Positions 35,686-45,901 are shown, counted from the first letter of the stretch. The stretch is DNA of 62,414 nucleotides from Candidatus Giovannonibacteria bacterium (GCA_016176285.1 JACOXM010000003.1:1-62414), one strand, 5' to 3'. Translations and numbers: made by a program. The notes: generated by a model not told the origin, from the letters alone.

Positions 35686-36753
35686 CTAGCTTTTTGAAAG
35701 CCTCAAATTTCCTGTCGCTTTTGGATTTTTGTTGAATTTCTTTTTTGTGAAACGGTAATATCCCGCGACTGCAATCATCGCGGCGTTGTCGCCGGTGAAA
35801 CGTTTTTGCGGCAAAAGAATATTTGGAAAATTTTTTTTGAGTTCTTCCCGCAATTTATCATTCGCTCCCACTCCTCCGCCTAGACCCATGCTTGTTATTT
35901 TTTGCTGTTTCACGGCCTTAACGGTTTTATGCACGAGAACGTCAACTACTGCTTTTTCGAAAGACGCGGCTATATTTGCCAAAATCCTCGCGGAGAAAAA
36001 TTCCTTATCCCTTCGCCGCCCACGCCTAGAATTTTTCTCCGCGAGGATTTCTCTGATTTTATATAATACCGCTGTTTTTAATCCAGAAAATGAGAAGTTT
36101 AGGTCTTTGGAATAGATCATCGGACGCGGAAAATTAATCGCTTTTGGATTTCCCTTTTTCGCGAGTTTAGAAATTTCCGGACCCCCAGGGTAGCCGAGCT
36201 TTAGCATCCGCCCAACTTTATCAAACGCCTCTCCCGCCGCATCGTCTAAAGTTTCTCCGAGAATTTTATAATTCAAGTGATTTTTTGAAAGCACCAATTC
36301 CGTATGCCCCCCGGAAACAATCAAAGCGAGCATCGGAAAAATTCCCTTATTTTGAATTTTAAATTTTGAATTTTGCATTAAGGCGGAGTATATGTGCCCT
36401 TCGAGATGGTTAACCGGCACCAGGGGAACGCGCCATTTTTTTGAAAGATTCTGTGCGAAATTTATTCCGGTCCAAAGCGCTGGTTCGAGCCCCGGGCCAT
36501 GTGTAACAGCGACTGCGTCGGGCTTTTTAATTTTTGATTCCTTGATTGCTCGTTTTAATAAAATAGGCAAGTTTTTTATGTGTTCGCGTTTCGCGAGATT
36601 AGGCACAACACCTCCGTAGAGCGCATGGATTTTTATTTGCGAAGAAATTTGATTCGATAAAATCGAAAACTCCGTCCCTTCTGGGGATTTTTCCGCCTGA
36701 AGAATTGCGATTGCGGTTTCATCGCACGATGTTTCGATCGCAAGTATTTTCAT
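35686..36753 (-). CDS. tsaD: tRNA N6-adenosine threonylcarbamoyltransferase TsaD
   Basis: MKILAIETSCDETA..., HLEGHI, GGV.AN patterns. The start is set at 36753 because the longer ORF runs into tRNA-Glu. Confidence 0.85.
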   Translation of the reverse strand: MKILAIETSCDETAIAILQAEKSPEGTEFSILSNQISSQIKIHALYGGVVPNLAKREHIKNLPILLKRAIKESKIKKPDAVAVTHGPGLEPALWTGINFAQNLSKKWRVPLVPVNHLEGHIYSALMQNSKFKIQNKGIFPMLALIVSGGHTELVLSKNHLNYKILGETLDDAAGEAFDKVGRMLKLGYPGGPEISKLAKKGNPKAINFPRPMIYSKDLNFSFSGLKTAVLYKIREILAEKNSRRGRRRDKEFFSARILANIAASFEKAVVDVLVHKTVKAVKQQKITSMGLGGGVGANDKLREELKKNFPNILLPQKRFTGDNAAMIAVAGYYRFTKKKFNKNPKATGNLRLSKS

Positions 36754-36757
36754 TTTG

Positions 36758-36829
36758 TGACCCCACCGGGAATCGAACCCGGATTTACACATTGAAAGCG
36801 TGCCGTCCTAACCATTAGACGATGGGGCC
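36758..36829 (-). tRNA. tRNA-Glu (anticodon TTC)
   Basis: The reverse complement reads GGCCCCA-TC-GTCTAATGGTTAGGAC-G-GCACG-CTTTCAA-TGTGT-AAAT-CCGGG-TTCGATT-CCCGG-TGGGGTC-A. Confidence 0.85.
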
Positions 36830-36891
36830 ATTATTATCGTGAATTACTATATTATATTGAAAAATGTCCGGTTAGCAATAATAATGGAAGT

Positions 36892-37458
36892 ATGGCTTAT
36901 ACAATTCTTATAGTAGATGACAGCGAGGAGGAAAGGCAGCGTTTTAGGCGTACGTATGAAGCAAATGGTTTTAATGTGATGGAAGCAGGGGATGGCGCGG
37001 AGGGGCTTAGTAAAGCTATCGATAAAAAACCAGACCTCATTTTTACGGGCATTGTAATGCCCAAGATGAGCGGTTTCGATATGATAGACCAGCTTAGGAA
37101 AAATGTAGAGACCGAGAAAATTCCAATAATGATCCTTTCCCACATGGGAAGAAAGGAGGACCAAATAAAAGCGCAGGAAATGGGAATAAAAGATTTTCTT
37201 ACTTCGGGATTTATTACTCCCAAGGAATTAGTAAGTTTAACTCTTTTAAGGATAGAAGGGAAAAAAGGTCTAATGAAGTATATACTGAATGTTGACGAAA
37301 CTTCCCTAGATGCCGCGAAACTTACAAAAGATTTCGGCTTGCTTCCTTACTTCCGGTGCGAAGACCATCCCGATGAGAAAAAGGTTATAGAAATCATTCC
37401 TGATGAAAATAAGGTTGGGGAGTTTCGTGCCAAATTCATCTGTCCTGGGAAAAAATAA
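36892..37458 (+). CDS. Response regulator receiver protein with a short uncharacterised C-terminal domain
   Basis: 188-aa ORF starting MAYTILIVDDSEEE, with phospho-acceptor context LIFTGIVMP. Confidence 0.7.
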   Translation: MAYTILIVDDSEEERQRFRRTYEANGFNVMEAGDGAEGLSKAIDKKPDLIFTGIVMPKMSGFDMIDQLRKNVETEKIPIMILSHMGRKEDQIKAQEMGIKDFLTSGFITPKELVSLTLLRIEGKKGLMKYILNVDETSLDAAKLTKDFGLLPYFRCEDHPDEKKVIEIIPDENKVGEFRAKFICPGKK

Positions 37459-37461
37459 AAA

Positions 37462-37791
37462 ATGGATTTATCTCAAAAAAAATGCGTTGCCTGCGAGGGC
37501 GGCATGCCGCCGATGGCCGCGGAACAAATAAAATCTTATTTGGACGAGCTTGACGGCTGGGCGCTCGTTGGTATACAAAAAATATTCAAAGAATATAAAT
37601 TCAAAAATTTTATTGATGCCTTGGCTTGCGTTAATAAAGTCGGGGAATTAGCGGAGTCGGAAGGGCACCATCCCGATTTTGCGATTTTATATAATCGCGT
37701 AATAATAAATCTCACAACGCATGCGATTGGTGGCCTTTCGGAAAACGACTTTATTATGGCCGCAAAAATTGATAAGATGTTATCTAATTAA
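37462..37791 (+). CDS. 4a-hydroxytetrahydrobiopterin (pterin-4a-carbinolamine) dehydratase
   Basis: 109-aa ORF with the EGHHPD motif and family-typical length. Confidence 0.75.
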   Translation: MDLSQKKCVACEGGMPPMAAEQIKSYLDELDGWALVGIQKIFKEYKFKNFIDALACVNKVGELAESEGHHPDFAILYNRVIINLTTHAIGGLSENDFIMAAKIDKMLSN

Positions 37792-37793
37792 TT

Positions 37794-37868
37794 GCGCCCT
37801 TAGCTCAGTGGTAGAGCGTTCCCTTGACATGGGAAAGGCCAGAAGTTCAATCCTTCTAGGGCGCACCA
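37794..37868 (+). tRNA. tRNA-Val (anticodon GAC), CCA encoded
   Basis: Acceptor GCGCCCT/AGGGCGC, anticodon stem TTCCC/GGGAA with loop TTGACAT, T loop TTCAATC, A73 followed by CCA. Confidence 0.85.
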
Positions 37869-37876
37869 ACAAAATT

Positions 37877-38449
37877 ATGGCAGAAAAAATTTCAATTCTT
37901 GGCATCAACGGCTCGCCACACAAGGACGGATCAACATTTGGGATGTTGGGCGAGGTTCTAGATTCCGCAAAAAGGGCAGGTGCGGAAACTGAAGTTGCCC
38001 ATCTTGCTGATTTGGGTATGGAAATTTATCACGGGGATTACGAAAAGGAACCGGGCGCAAACACGCTTAAATTTTTTGAGCATATGCGGAAATTCGACGG
38101 ATATGTATTTGCGAGCCCCGTACACTGGCTTGCGCCGAGTTCTTTGATGAAAATTTTAATTGATAATCTAACTTATTTCGAAGCTCCTGATTTTCCATTG
38201 CAGGGAAAAGTTTTCGGCGTTGTGACACATTGTTGCGAAGACGGCGGATTTCAGGCAGGTGCGCATATTTTATCGGTTCTGAATAATATCGGGCTTGTCT
38301 CGCCTCCTTACGGACTTGTTTTGAGAAACAGGAATATTGAGCGAAACGAAGATACCGAATGGATGTGGCAGGATACGGCACTTTTGGGGAAAAATATCGT
38401 GAAGCAAATAAAAATTTCTAAAAATATAAAGGACGACTGGGGATATTAA
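37877..38449 (+). CDS. NADPH-dependent FMN reductase / flavodoxin-like fold protein
   Basis: MAEKISILGINGSPHKDGST N-terminus typical of FMN reductase-like proteins. The ORF-track N-extension overlaps tRNA-Val. Confidence 0.6.
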   Translation: MAEKISILGINGSPHKDGSTFGMLGEVLDSAKRAGAETEVAHLADLGMEIYHGDYEKEPGANTLKFFEHMRKFDGYVFASPVHWLAPSSLMKILIDNLTYFEAPDFPLQGKVFGVVTHCCEDGGFQAGAHILSVLNNIGLVSPPYGLVLRNRNIERNEDTEWMWQDTALLGKNIVKQIKISKNIKDDWGY

Positions 38450-38450
38450 A

Positions 38451-38777
38451 ATGATTTCGTACGAAGATTTTAAAAAACTCGATATCCGCATCGGAAGAAT
38501 AACGACGGCGGAAAAAATAGAAGGTTCTGATAAGTTATTGCGACTGGAAGTAGATCTTGGCGCGGAAATTGGAATGCGGCAGATCGTCGCTGGGATTGCT
38601 CTTAAATATACGCCGGAAAATTTGATTAGGCGAGAAATTATCGTTGTCACAAATCTTGAGCCGCGAATGCTTCGCGGTTTTGAATCGCAGGGTATGCTTC
38701 TCGCGGCGGATGGAGGCGAGGACCCGGTTTTAATTTTTCCCGAAAAAGAAATCCCACCCGGAAGCATAGTAAAGTGA
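38451..38777 (+). CDS. tRNA-binding domain protein (CsaA / MetRS C-terminal-like)
   Basis: 108-aa ORF with KLDIRIGRI..AEKIEGSDKLLRLEVDLG...IVAGIA...VVTNLEPR...G.ESQGMLLAA. Confidence 0.75.
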   Translation: MISYEDFKKLDIRIGRITTAEKIEGSDKLLRLEVDLGAEIGMRQIVAGIALKYTPENLIRREIIVVTNLEPRMLRGFESQGMLLAADGGEDPVLIFPEKEIPPGSIVK

Positions 38778-38789
38778 TATAATAATTTT

Positions 38790-39302
38790 ATGAAAACAAT
38801 GCTCAAATTTACAATTATTAATTTCATTATTGGAGCGGCGATCACCTTGATTCTTAGTACGCTTTTGATATTGGGGCTTAGAGTTTTTATTCCCTCGCTC
38901 GATGCGCCGCAGTGCTTTAATGATTATGAAAAATGCGCAATCGGGGATCAGGCGTGCTATGACCGCCAGCGCCAGGAATGCCAGAAAAAACAGGATGAGT
39001 ATTTTGAAGCGCACAAAGAATACGCGGGAAAAATTTTCATTGCCGCGAATATCTCCGGGTTAGTAATCCTTTTAGTTGGAATTGCTATTTTTGCGTTCGG
39101 GCTTGGGACGAATATTGCCGCGGGAATTATTTTGGCGGGAGCGTTTGGGATTGTCTACGGATATATTTGGGGGTGGCAGGGGCCCGACGATGTTTTAAAA
39201 TTCGGCGTTGGAGCAGTTGTGGCATTGGTTGTTATAGGCGGGGGAGTTTTGGTTAACCGCATGCATGCGAAAGCCGTTCGTGAGCTTCCTGAAACAAAAT
39301 AA
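38790..39302 (+). CDS. Hypothetical membrane protein
   Basis: 170-aa ORF with several hydrophobic segments and a Cys-containing loop. Confidence 0.4.
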   Translation: MKTMLKFTIINFIIGAAITLILSTLLILGLRVFIPSLDAPQCFNDYEKCAIGDQACYDRQRQECQKKQDEYFEAHKEYAGKIFIAANISGLVILLVGIAIFAFGLGTNIAAGIILAGAFGIVYGYIWGWQGPDDVLKFGVGAVVALVVIGGGVLVNRMHAKAVRELPETK

Positions 39303-39979
39303 TGCAAATAATTTACGAAGATAATGATATCGCGGCGGTTAATAAGCCCGCTGGGGTTGATTTTGACTGGGCTTTAAAGGAGCGGCAGGATTTCTTTGTT
39401 GTGCATCGTTTGGATAAAGACACCTCCGGAATAATTCTTTTTGCGAAGAACGAAGACGCCCAAGATTATTTACGCGAACTTTTTAAATCACGCCAAATTA
39501 AAAAAAGTTATTTGGTGCTTGTCGTCGGGAAAGTTAAAAATTCCTCGGGGAAAATAGAACTTTCAATTGGCAGATCCAAGAAAACTCCCTTAAAGCGTGT
39601 TGCAATCGGGGAGAAGAGAGGAAAAATTAGGGAGGCCGTGACGGAATACAAAGTTTTAAAAAAATTTGAAGATTATACTTTTCTCGAAGCCTTTCCGAAG
39701 ACCGGGCGCACCCACCAAATCCGCTCCCATTTCGCGGCAATCGGGCATCCCGTCGCGTGCGATAAGCTTTATTCGGGAAAGCGCTATTATTGCCCGGGAG
39801 GAATTTCGCGCCAATTTTTGCACGCATACTCAATTGAATTTAAAACTCAACCTCCCTTTGATCCCCTCCTTGCTAAGGAGGGGAAGGGGGCGGTGCTTCG
39901 CCTTGAGGCCGCTCTCCCCCCGGAATTGGAGAAGGTGTTGCAAGAAATTAAAGAAAATGATAAAAATGATAAATCATGA
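39302..39979 (+). CDS. RluA family pseudouridine synthase
   Basis: 225-aa ORF with the catalytic motif HRLDKDTSG and GRTHQIR. Confidence 0.8.
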   Translation: MQIIYEDNDIAAVNKPAGVDFDWALKERQDFFVVHRLDKDTSGIILFAKNEDAQDYLRELFKSRQIKKSYLVLVVGKVKNSSGKIELSIGRSKKTPLKRVAIGEKRGKIREAVTEYKVLKKFEDYTFLEAFPKTGRTHQIRSHFAAIGHPVACDKLYSGKRYYCPGGISRQFLHAYSIEFKTQPPFDPLLAKEGKGAVLRLEAALPPELEKVLQEIKENDKNDKS

Positions 39980-40383
39980 ATCCAGCTTTAAATAAAAATT
40001 TTTCACCGATTGATATCGAGGGGCGAAAAAATTTGGACATGCGTCCCGGGGATACCGTTCGCGTTTGGCAGAAAATCAAAGAAGGCGACAAAATGAGGCT
40101 TCAGGCATTCGAGGGTTTGATATTGGCAAGGAAGCACGGAAACGAGCCGGGGGCGACTTTTACGGTACGAAAGGTTGCCGACGGAATCGGCGTGGAAAGA
40201 GTTTTTCCGGTATATTCTCCTGCTATTGATAAAATTGAAATTTTAAAAAGAGGCCGCGTCAGAAGAGCGAAGCTTTACTATATTAGGGAAAAAGCGCAAT
40301 CCGAAACGCGCCGAAAAATGAAGCAGGTTTTGTATTCTGCGCCTAAAGAAGAAAAGCCTCTTGAAGCTCCGGCAACTGAATAA
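39976..40383 (+). CDS. rplS: 50S ribosomal protein L19
   Basis: 135-aa ORF with [11 protein letters not shown]...[22 protein letters not shown]...[10 protein letters not shown]. Confidence 0.9.
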   Translation: MNPALNKNFSPIDIEGRKNLDMRPGDTVRVWQKIKEGDKMRLQAFEGLILARKHGNEPGATFTVRKVADGIGVERVFPVYSPAIDKIEILKRGRVRRAKLYYIREKAQSETRRKMKQVLYSAPKEEKPLEAPATE

Positions 40384-40400
40384 ATTTGCTGGGCTAATTT

Positions 40401-40487
40401 GCGCGGGTGGCGAAACCGGCAGACGCACTACCTTGAGGTGGTAGCGGGGGCAACCCCATGGAGGTTCGAATCCTCTCCCGCGCACCA
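40401..40487 (+). tRNA. tRNA-Leu (anticodon GAG), long variable arm, CCA encoded
   Basis: Acceptor GCGCGGG/CCCGCGC, anticodon stem CTACC/GGTAG with loop TTGAGGT, variable arm CGGGGGCAACCCCATG, T loop TTCGAAT. Confidence 0.85.
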
Positions 40488-40564
40488 GAATCTTTCGAGT
40501 TCGTGGCCATTTATTTTAATTCAAAAACTCAATATTAAATAATATTGTGGTATCATGGCTGTAT

Positions 40565-41170
40565 ATGGAAAATAATAAACCCAGGAAATTTTCGATAAAT
40601 ATTAAAACCGCTGTTATTATTGTGGCGATCGTATTTGCGGGTGGACTACTTTATTACTATAAGGGTATGTTTGTTGCCGCGATGGTTAACGGCTCACCGA
40701 TTACCCGCTTGGAACTTATGCACGAGCTCGAAGCGCAGTCGGGAAAAGCCGCCCTGGAGTCACTAATAACCGAGAAGCTTATAAATAATGAGGCTGCAAA
40801 AAAGGGAATTTCAGTATCTAATGGCGAAATAGATGAAATAATAAAGAATATTGAAGAACAGCTAAAGCCTCAAAATATAACTTTCGAGCAGGCCTTAGAG
40901 CAGAGAAATTTGACTCTCGATAAATTTAAGAGTCAGGTGACGGTGCAAAAAAAACTGGAAAAGCTCGTAGGAGATAAAATCCAAGTGACGGATGAAGATG
41001 TCGAAAAATATATTGCGGAAAATAAAATTTCAATTCCCAAAGGGCAAGAGGCCGATTTTGCAACACAGATAAAAGAGCAACTCAAAGGCCAGAAAATGAA
41101 TGACGCAATAGGTGCGCTCATAGATTCTTTGCGGAATCAGACCACCGTTCGCTATTTTGTTAAATTCTAG
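40565..41170 (+). CDS. SurA N-terminal domain-like membrane-anchored chaperone
   Basis: About 200-aa ORF with an N-terminal TM then a pattern typical of the SurA_N / PpiD N-domain (VNGSPITR.EL...). ATG at 40565; the ORF-track start is GTG at 40547. Confidence 0.5.
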   Translation: MENNKPRKFSINIKTAVIIVAIVFAGGLLYYYKGMFVAAMVNGSPITRLELMHELEAQSGKAALESLITEKLINNEAAKKGISVSNGEIDEIIKNIEEQLKPQNITFEQALEQRNLTLDKFKSQVTVQKKLEKLVGDKIQVTDEDVEKYIAENKISIPKGQEADFATQIKEQLKGQKMNDAIGALIDSLRNQTTVRYFVKF

Positions 41171-41206
41171 TATAAAGGTCCTTTTATTGGGCTAAATTTT
41201 CAAAAC

Positions 41207-41461
41207 ATGGCCGAAAAACAAATTGGCAAAGTTACCCATTTTTTTGATAAGGCCGGTGTCGCGGTGATAAAACTTTCAGAAACGCTCAACAGCGGAGATA
41301 TGATAAAGGTTGTGAAGGGGGACGCGGAATTTGAAGATGCCGTGAGCTCCATGCAGATAGATCACAAACCCGTGAGTTCCGCAAAAGCAGGGGATGAAGT
41401 TGCGGTGAAGCTTTCAAAAGAAACAAAGGAGGGTGCCGTCGTTTTTAAGGTTGAAGGTTAG
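41207..41461 (+). CDS. Small hypothetical protein resembling a translation-factor domain II beta-barrel
   Basis: 84-aa ORF, IGKVTHFFDKAGVAVIKL...GD.I......F...V.SMQIDHKPV..A.AGDEVAVKL. Confidence 0.4.
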   Translation: MAEKQIGKVTHFFDKAGVAVIKLSETLNSGDMIKVVKGDAEFEDAVSSMQIDHKPVSSAKAGDEVAVKLSKETKEGAVVFKVEG

Positions 41462-41494
41462 CTAATTTCGCAGTACAGTAGCTAGAACTAGGGT

Positions 41495-41980
41495 TTGTGG
41501 ATAAGTCAGAAACTCTTGTATTTACCATTTATATTTCATGGCATATGCTTCAAGCCCTTTTGGATTAAAAATGGAGGCGGAAAGTACTGCTCAAGAGCAT
41601 GTCATTATATAGGTTTAAAAACAGGCAAGACAGTCCCCTGTTTTATTTGCAAAAAAGCGACATACAAATCTATTAAAGGGCTTTTAAGGTCAAAAAGTAA
41701 AAAATATTTTTGCAACAAATCGTGCCAAACTATTTGGAGGAACTCCATGGTTTATACTGGCGAAAATCACCCAAATTGGAGAGGCGGAGAGAGTACTTAC
41801 AAATATATCTTATTGAGAACAAAAATTTTGCAAATTTGTAGAGAATGCGGTACTAAAGACAAGAGAGTTTTAGCCGTACACCATCTTGATAGAAATAGAA
41901 AAAATAATAAGGTAGAAAATTTGATATGGCTATGTCATAATTGCCATCATCTGACCCACCATTATTCGCAAGAAAAGTGA
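41495..41980 (+). CDS. HNH endonuclease (N-terminus uncertain; no in-frame ATG near the start)
   Basis: 161-aa ORF with AVHHLDRNRKNN..ENLIWLCHNCHHLTHH and several Cys pairs. The only start candidate is TTG. Confidence 0.6.
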   Translation: MWISQKLLYLPFIFHGICFKPFWIKNGGGKYCSRACHYIGLKTGKTVPCFICKKATYKSIKGLLRSKSKKYFCNKSCQTIWRNSMVYTGENHPNWRGGESTYKYILLRTKILQICRECGTKDKRVLAVHHLDRNRKNNKVENLIWLCHNCHHLTHHYSQEK

Positions 41981-41987
41981 AATTCAT

Positions 41988-42059
41988 GGTGCTCATAGCT
42001 TAACGGCAAAGCGCTGCTCTGTGGCAGCAGATATGAGGGTTCGATTCCCTCTGAGCACC
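41988..42059 (+). tRNA. tRNA-His (anticodon GTG) with encoded G-1
   Basis: G-1 then GTGCTCA/TGAGCAC, C73, anticodon stem CTGCT/AGCAG with loop CTGTGGC, T arm GAGGG-TTCGATT-CCCTC. Confidence 0.85.
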
Positions 42060-42111
42060 CACTTTGTTTGCAAACAAAATAGCCCGCCCTCGTCTTATAT
42101 AAGTAAAATAT

Positions 42112-42969
42112 ATGAGATTTTATTTTGGGCTGGATTTACTTATTTTTAGCTTAATTGCCTTTACATCCGGGGTGTTTTCGGGGGTTTTTCTTGATAAAAG
42201 CTTGTCTGCCGAGAAGATTTCAAATATAGAACGAAACCCTATTTTTTACGGGTATAGCGTGGACGATTTTACGCTTGAGGAATCCGCTAACGCTTTTTCG
42301 AGCGCTCATCCCTTCCTTTGGCTAAACTCTGGCGCCCAATTGATTGTAGCAGGCGGTATTGCTAAAACCGTTCAAGGGGAGCTCCCGGAAAATTCCAAGT
42401 GGCGCGATTATTATTTGAATTCGAATCCAAGAGATACGGATTTAGGCAGGCATCCGCAAAATATTTTCAGGCTCCTCACTAAAACCAAGTTTAAAGATTT
42501 CAGCGAAGAGGCGCACTTCAGAATAATAAGAGACAATTTATCCGAAAGTAAAAACCGCAATGAATCAAATGGCGTATTTTTATACGCTCGTTTTATAGAT
42601 GAAAACAATTCATATTATTTGGGGATTCGCGTAGATGGTATGGCGATTATTAAGAAAAAAATCAATGGAGAGTATTTTACCCTTGCCGAGAAAGCTTATA
42701 TTTCCGGTACTGCTTATGACCGGAAAAAAAATCCTTCGCTCCTTCCAAGAAATGAATTGATCGGCATTCGCGCCCAAACCGTAAACAAGGAAAGTGGAGT
42801 TAATTTGAGACTTTTTTTACGAAGGCCTGATGAAAAAGACTGGAATTTATTTCTTGAATTTACGGATACTGGCAGCCATGGCAAGCCTTTCGAAGATATG
42901 GGTCAGGCCGGGATCAGGACGGATTTTATGGATGTCCAATTCGACGATTATAAAATTGAAGGCAGGTAA
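42112..42969 (+). CDS. Membrane-anchored hypothetical protein with a concanavalin/LamG-like domain (paralog of 46138-46989)
   Basis: 285-aa ORF. It shares HPQN(I/L)FRL, SNG..L..R, YY.GIRVDG.A(I/V)IKKK and AGIRTDFMDV.F(D/E)DYK blocks with the ORF at 46138. Confidence 0.5.
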   Translation: MRFYFGLDLLIFSLIAFTSGVFSGVFLDKSLSAEKISNIERNPIFYGYSVDDFTLEESANAFSSAHPFLWLNSGAQLIVAGGIAKTVQGELPENSKWRDYYLNSNPRDTDLGRHPQNIFRLLTKTKFKDFSEEAHFRIIRDNLSESKNRNESNGVFLYARFIDENNSYYLGIRVDGMAIIKKKINGEYFTLAEKAYISGTAYDRKKNPSLLPRNELIGIRAQTVNKESGVNLRLFLRRPDEKDWNLFLEFTDTGSHGKPFEDMGQAGIRTDFMDVQFDDYKIEGR

Positions 42970-43029
42970 TATTTTCTTTCCGTTAGCGTCTCTGTAAGTT
43001 TGCTATGCCCTTGGCGTCTAGGACATAGC

Positions 43030-44298
43030 ATGAATAGAACGATATGGCGCGCTAATTCATGGGCTATTTTCTTCCTTTTGATATATGTAGTCCTCGCGCT
43101 TAAAATAATTACTTTTCGGGAACTTGATCATAATATTTTCTTTGGAATTTATAGCGTTTTAGTTTCCTTTTATCTTTTGTCGAGATTTGCTTTATCGTTT
43201 TTTTATGAGCCGCCCACAGTGAAATTTGACCGCGGGTACGAGCCCACAGTTACTTTTGGCGTTCCAGCAAAGAATGAGGGAGAAAATATCCGCGAGACAA
43301 TTTTAAGAATCGCCCGCTCCGATTACCCGAAAAATAAGTTTGATATAGTGGCCGTAAATGATGGTTCTACGGATAGCACGCTTGCGGAGATGCTTGAAGC
43401 GCAGAAGATAGCCAGAAGTGAAGGCGTTTCAGTGCGGGTGATGGATTGGAAGGAAAATAAAGGCAAGCGCGAAGGTATGGCCGAATGCGTCAAGCAATCT
43501 AGCAACGAAATAGTTATTTTTATAGATTCCGACAGTTTTGTGGAGGAGAAAACGACAAGAGAATTCGTAAAATATTTTTCTGATCCGAGCATCGCGGCTG
43601 TCGCGGGACACGCATATGTGGCAAATGCCGAAAAAAATATGCTCACGAAAATGCAGGCGGTCCGTTACTATATTTCTTTCACCGTAAACAAAGCTGCCGA
43701 AGCTCTCTTCGGCTCTGTTACTTGCTGTTCAGGGTGTTGCTCGGCATATCGAAGATCTTACGTTGTGAAGATAATTAACGCTTGGCTCCACCAAAGATTT
43801 TTGGGCGTACGCTGTACATACGGGGACGATCGAAGCCTTACAAATTTTCTTTTATTCAGGGGATATAATTGCATTTTTGGTCCGGACGCGATCGCGTACA
43901 CGTTTGTGCCGGAAAATTTCCGCCAGTTTTTGCGCCAACAGCTTCGCTGGAAAAAATCATGGTTCAGGGAAAGTATTCTTGCCTGTACTTTTATGTGGCG
44001 GAGAAACCCCATAATGAGCGCTTCATTTTATTTGGGTGTTTTTCTGCCGTTGTTGGCGCCGATCGTGTTCATCCGCGCTGTTTTATGGATGCCGTTTTTT
44101 CAGGGAAGGAGTCCAACATTCTATGTTATAGGTTTCATATTAATGGCGGTCTTGTCCGGAGTTTATTATTACGCGCGCACTGGCGACAAAAAATGGGCAT
44201 ACGGCGTTTTATTTTCAACTTTATACGCGCTTGTTTTAATTTGGCAGCTGCCCTACGCGATTGTGAACATCCGCGACTCCAGATGGGGCACAAGATGA
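43030..44298 (+). CDS. Processive family-2 glycosyltransferase, class I hyaluronan synthase / chitin synthase (HasA/NodC)-like
   Basis: Motifs NKGKR, IDSDSF, CSGCCSAYRR, YGDDRSLTNF and QQLRWKKSWFRES line up with my recollection of streptococcal HasA. Multiple TM segments. ATG at 43030. Confidence 0.75.
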   Translation: MNRTIWRANSWAIFFLLIYVVLALKIITFRELDHNIFFGIYSVLVSFYLLSRFALSFFYEPPTVKFDRGYEPTVTFGVPAKNEGENIRETILRIARSDYPKNKFDIVAVNDGSTDSTLAEMLEAQKIARSEGVSVRVMDWKENKGKREGMAECVKQSSNEIVIFIDSDSFVEEKTTREFVKYFSDPSIAAVAGHAYVANAEKNMLTKMQAVRYYISFTVNKAAEALFGSVTCCSGCCSAYRRSYVVKIINAWLHQRFLGVRCTYGDDRSLTNFLLFRGYNCIFGPDAIAYTFVPENFRQFLRQQLRWKKSWFRESILACTFMWRRNPIMSASFYLGVFLPLLAPIVFIRAVLWMPFFQGRSPTFYVIGFILMAVLSGVYYYARTGDKKWAYGVLFSTLYALVLIWQLPYAIVNIRDSRWGTR

Positions 44299-44302
44299 GA
44301 AT

Positions 44303-45901
44303 ATGATTTATTTAAAACAAAGCGCCGCATTTAAAAAAACTTTTTTGATTATCCCTATTTTCCTAATTTTGGGCATAGGTCTCAGTTATTTTTATGCTAA
44401 TCAGAATTTCTTTTATAATTTTAAGCCGTATTACCTTAAAGCATATGCGGCTTACTTTGAGTATGCCTCGGATAATATAATGTCAGTTTTCCGTCGCGGA
44501 GAATTTTATGCCGGAGGCGCAGGATTGAATGAAAAAGCCCAATCCGTGCCGGTACTTGTTTATCATGGAATTTTGCCCAAAATTGATGAATCAAATTCCG
44601 AAGCGTCAGAAGGCACAAATGTATCAATTGATCAATTTAAAGACCATATGTTCACGCTAAAAAGGGCGGGTTGGAATGCCGTTTCAATAGAAGATTTTTA
44701 CCTTTTTATGCAAGGGAAGAAGGATCTTCCGAAAAAATCCTTTCTTCTAACTTTTGATGATGGCCGGAAAGAAAGTTATTATCCTGCGGACCCGATATTA
44801 AGCGCGCTTAACTTTAGGGCGGTCATGTTTGCGATAACTAAATTTTCACTTCTTCCTAAGAGCTATTATTATTTGACGACTCCGGAGTTAAAACAAATGA
44901 TATCGTCAGGAAGATGGGAGATCGAAGCCCATGCCGAAGGTGCGCATGAATTCATACCAATCAATGAGAATGGAGACAGAAGCTTTTTTTTGCCGAATCG
45001 CATGTGGCTCTTTGACCAGGGACGGCTTGAAACAATGGATGAATATAAGTCACGCATAAAGGGAGATTTGGCCGCTGTAAAAGAAGGTCTTAAAAACACT
45101 CTCGGAGTTGATGCAATCGCTTTTGCATTTCCTTCCGGAGAATTCGGGGAGAATAGTGAAAACATTCCTGGCGGGCCGGAGGATGTAATTTTAAATTTCT
45201 CGAAAGAAAATTTTAAAATGACTTTTCACCAGTTTGGATTGGGGGAGCGTTTTAGGGCAAACTATCCGGATCCCGGAAAAGACTTCTTCACAATAAAAAG
45301 AATGGGCGTGCGCTTTGAGTGGTCTGGAGAAGAACTGGTTAAATTATTAGAACAGGGAAACGCCAAAAAACTTCCATTTAAGGACCAAGATTTTGCGGAT
45401 TCGGGATGGGTGTCGACTGGATGGGGAATAATCGATTTTATGAACAATACATTATATATGCATCCTAAGAATGATGGTACTGGAGTTGCCGCGGTGCTTG
45501 ATGGAACGCGACATTGGAAAAATTATATTTTTTCAGCGCGGGTTAATTGGCCGAAAGGCAAAAATGTTTATTTATGGGCAAGATACCAGGACGATGATAA
45601 TTACGTTGCCTGCAACTTTTCCAATAAATTGATACATATTGAACAAACTGTCGATGGAGAGCTCGGTGTAATTAAGGGAGAGTCCGGTAATTATACATTT
45701 CCCGAAGGAGATTTTACTTTGGGAATTCTTGTTGATGGCAGAAGGGCCGAATGCATGATTGATGGAAAGACGGTTTTAGCGACTGATTTCCTTGACTCGT
45801 CACTTTCTACGGGAGGGATTGGGGTGAAGGCCTGGGACCCCATTCTCGACAACAGTGAAATCATTATAAAAGAAGTCAACGTTGACGCGTTGGCTGATTA
45901 A
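44303..45901 (+). CDS. Polysaccharide deacetylase (NodB homology domain) fused to a C-terminal lectin/LamG-like domain
   Basis: 532-aa ORF with an N-terminal TM, VLVYHGI, LLTFDDGRKESY, and a C-terminal jelly-roll-like region. Confidence 0.7.
   Translation: MIYLKQSAAFKKTFLIIPIFLILGIGLSYFYANQNFFYNFKPYYLKAYAAYFEYASDNIMSVFRRGEFYAGGAGLNEKAQSVPVLVYHGILPKIDESNSEASEGTNVSIDQFKDHMFTLKRAGWNAVSIEDFYLFMQGKKDLPKKSFLLTFDDGRKESYYPADPILSALNFRAVMFAITKFSLLPKSYYYLTTPELKQMISSGRWEIEAHAEGAHEFIPINENGDRSFFLPNRMWLFDQGRLETMDEYKSRIKGDLAAVKEGLKNTLGVDAIAFAFPSGEFGENSENIPGGPEDVILNFSKENFKMTFHQFGLGERFRANYPDPGKDFFTIKRMGVRFEWSGEELVKLLEQGNAKKLPFKDQDFADSGWVSTGWGIIDFMNNTLYMHPKNDGTGVAAVLDGTRHWKNYIFSARVNWPKGKNVYLWARYQDDDNYVACNFSNKLIHIEQTVDGELGVIKGESGNYTFPEGDFTLGILVDGRRAECMIDGKTVLATDFLDSSLSTGGIGVKAWDPILDNSEIIIKEVNVDALAD

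Noticed and set aside
36754-36792. N-terminal extension of the tsaD ORF (MCKSGFDSRWGHK)
   Set aside because: The extension is the antisense of tRNA-Glu(TTC). The canonical TsaD N-terminus MKILAIETSCDETA starts at 36753.
37721-37876. N-terminal extension of the flavoprotein ORF, and similar extensions at 21509-21718, 16281-16403 and 47037-47072
   Set aside because: The extensions overlap a tRNA gene, the upstream kinase gene, the clpP start region or a terminator. Internal ATG starts give family-typical N-termini.
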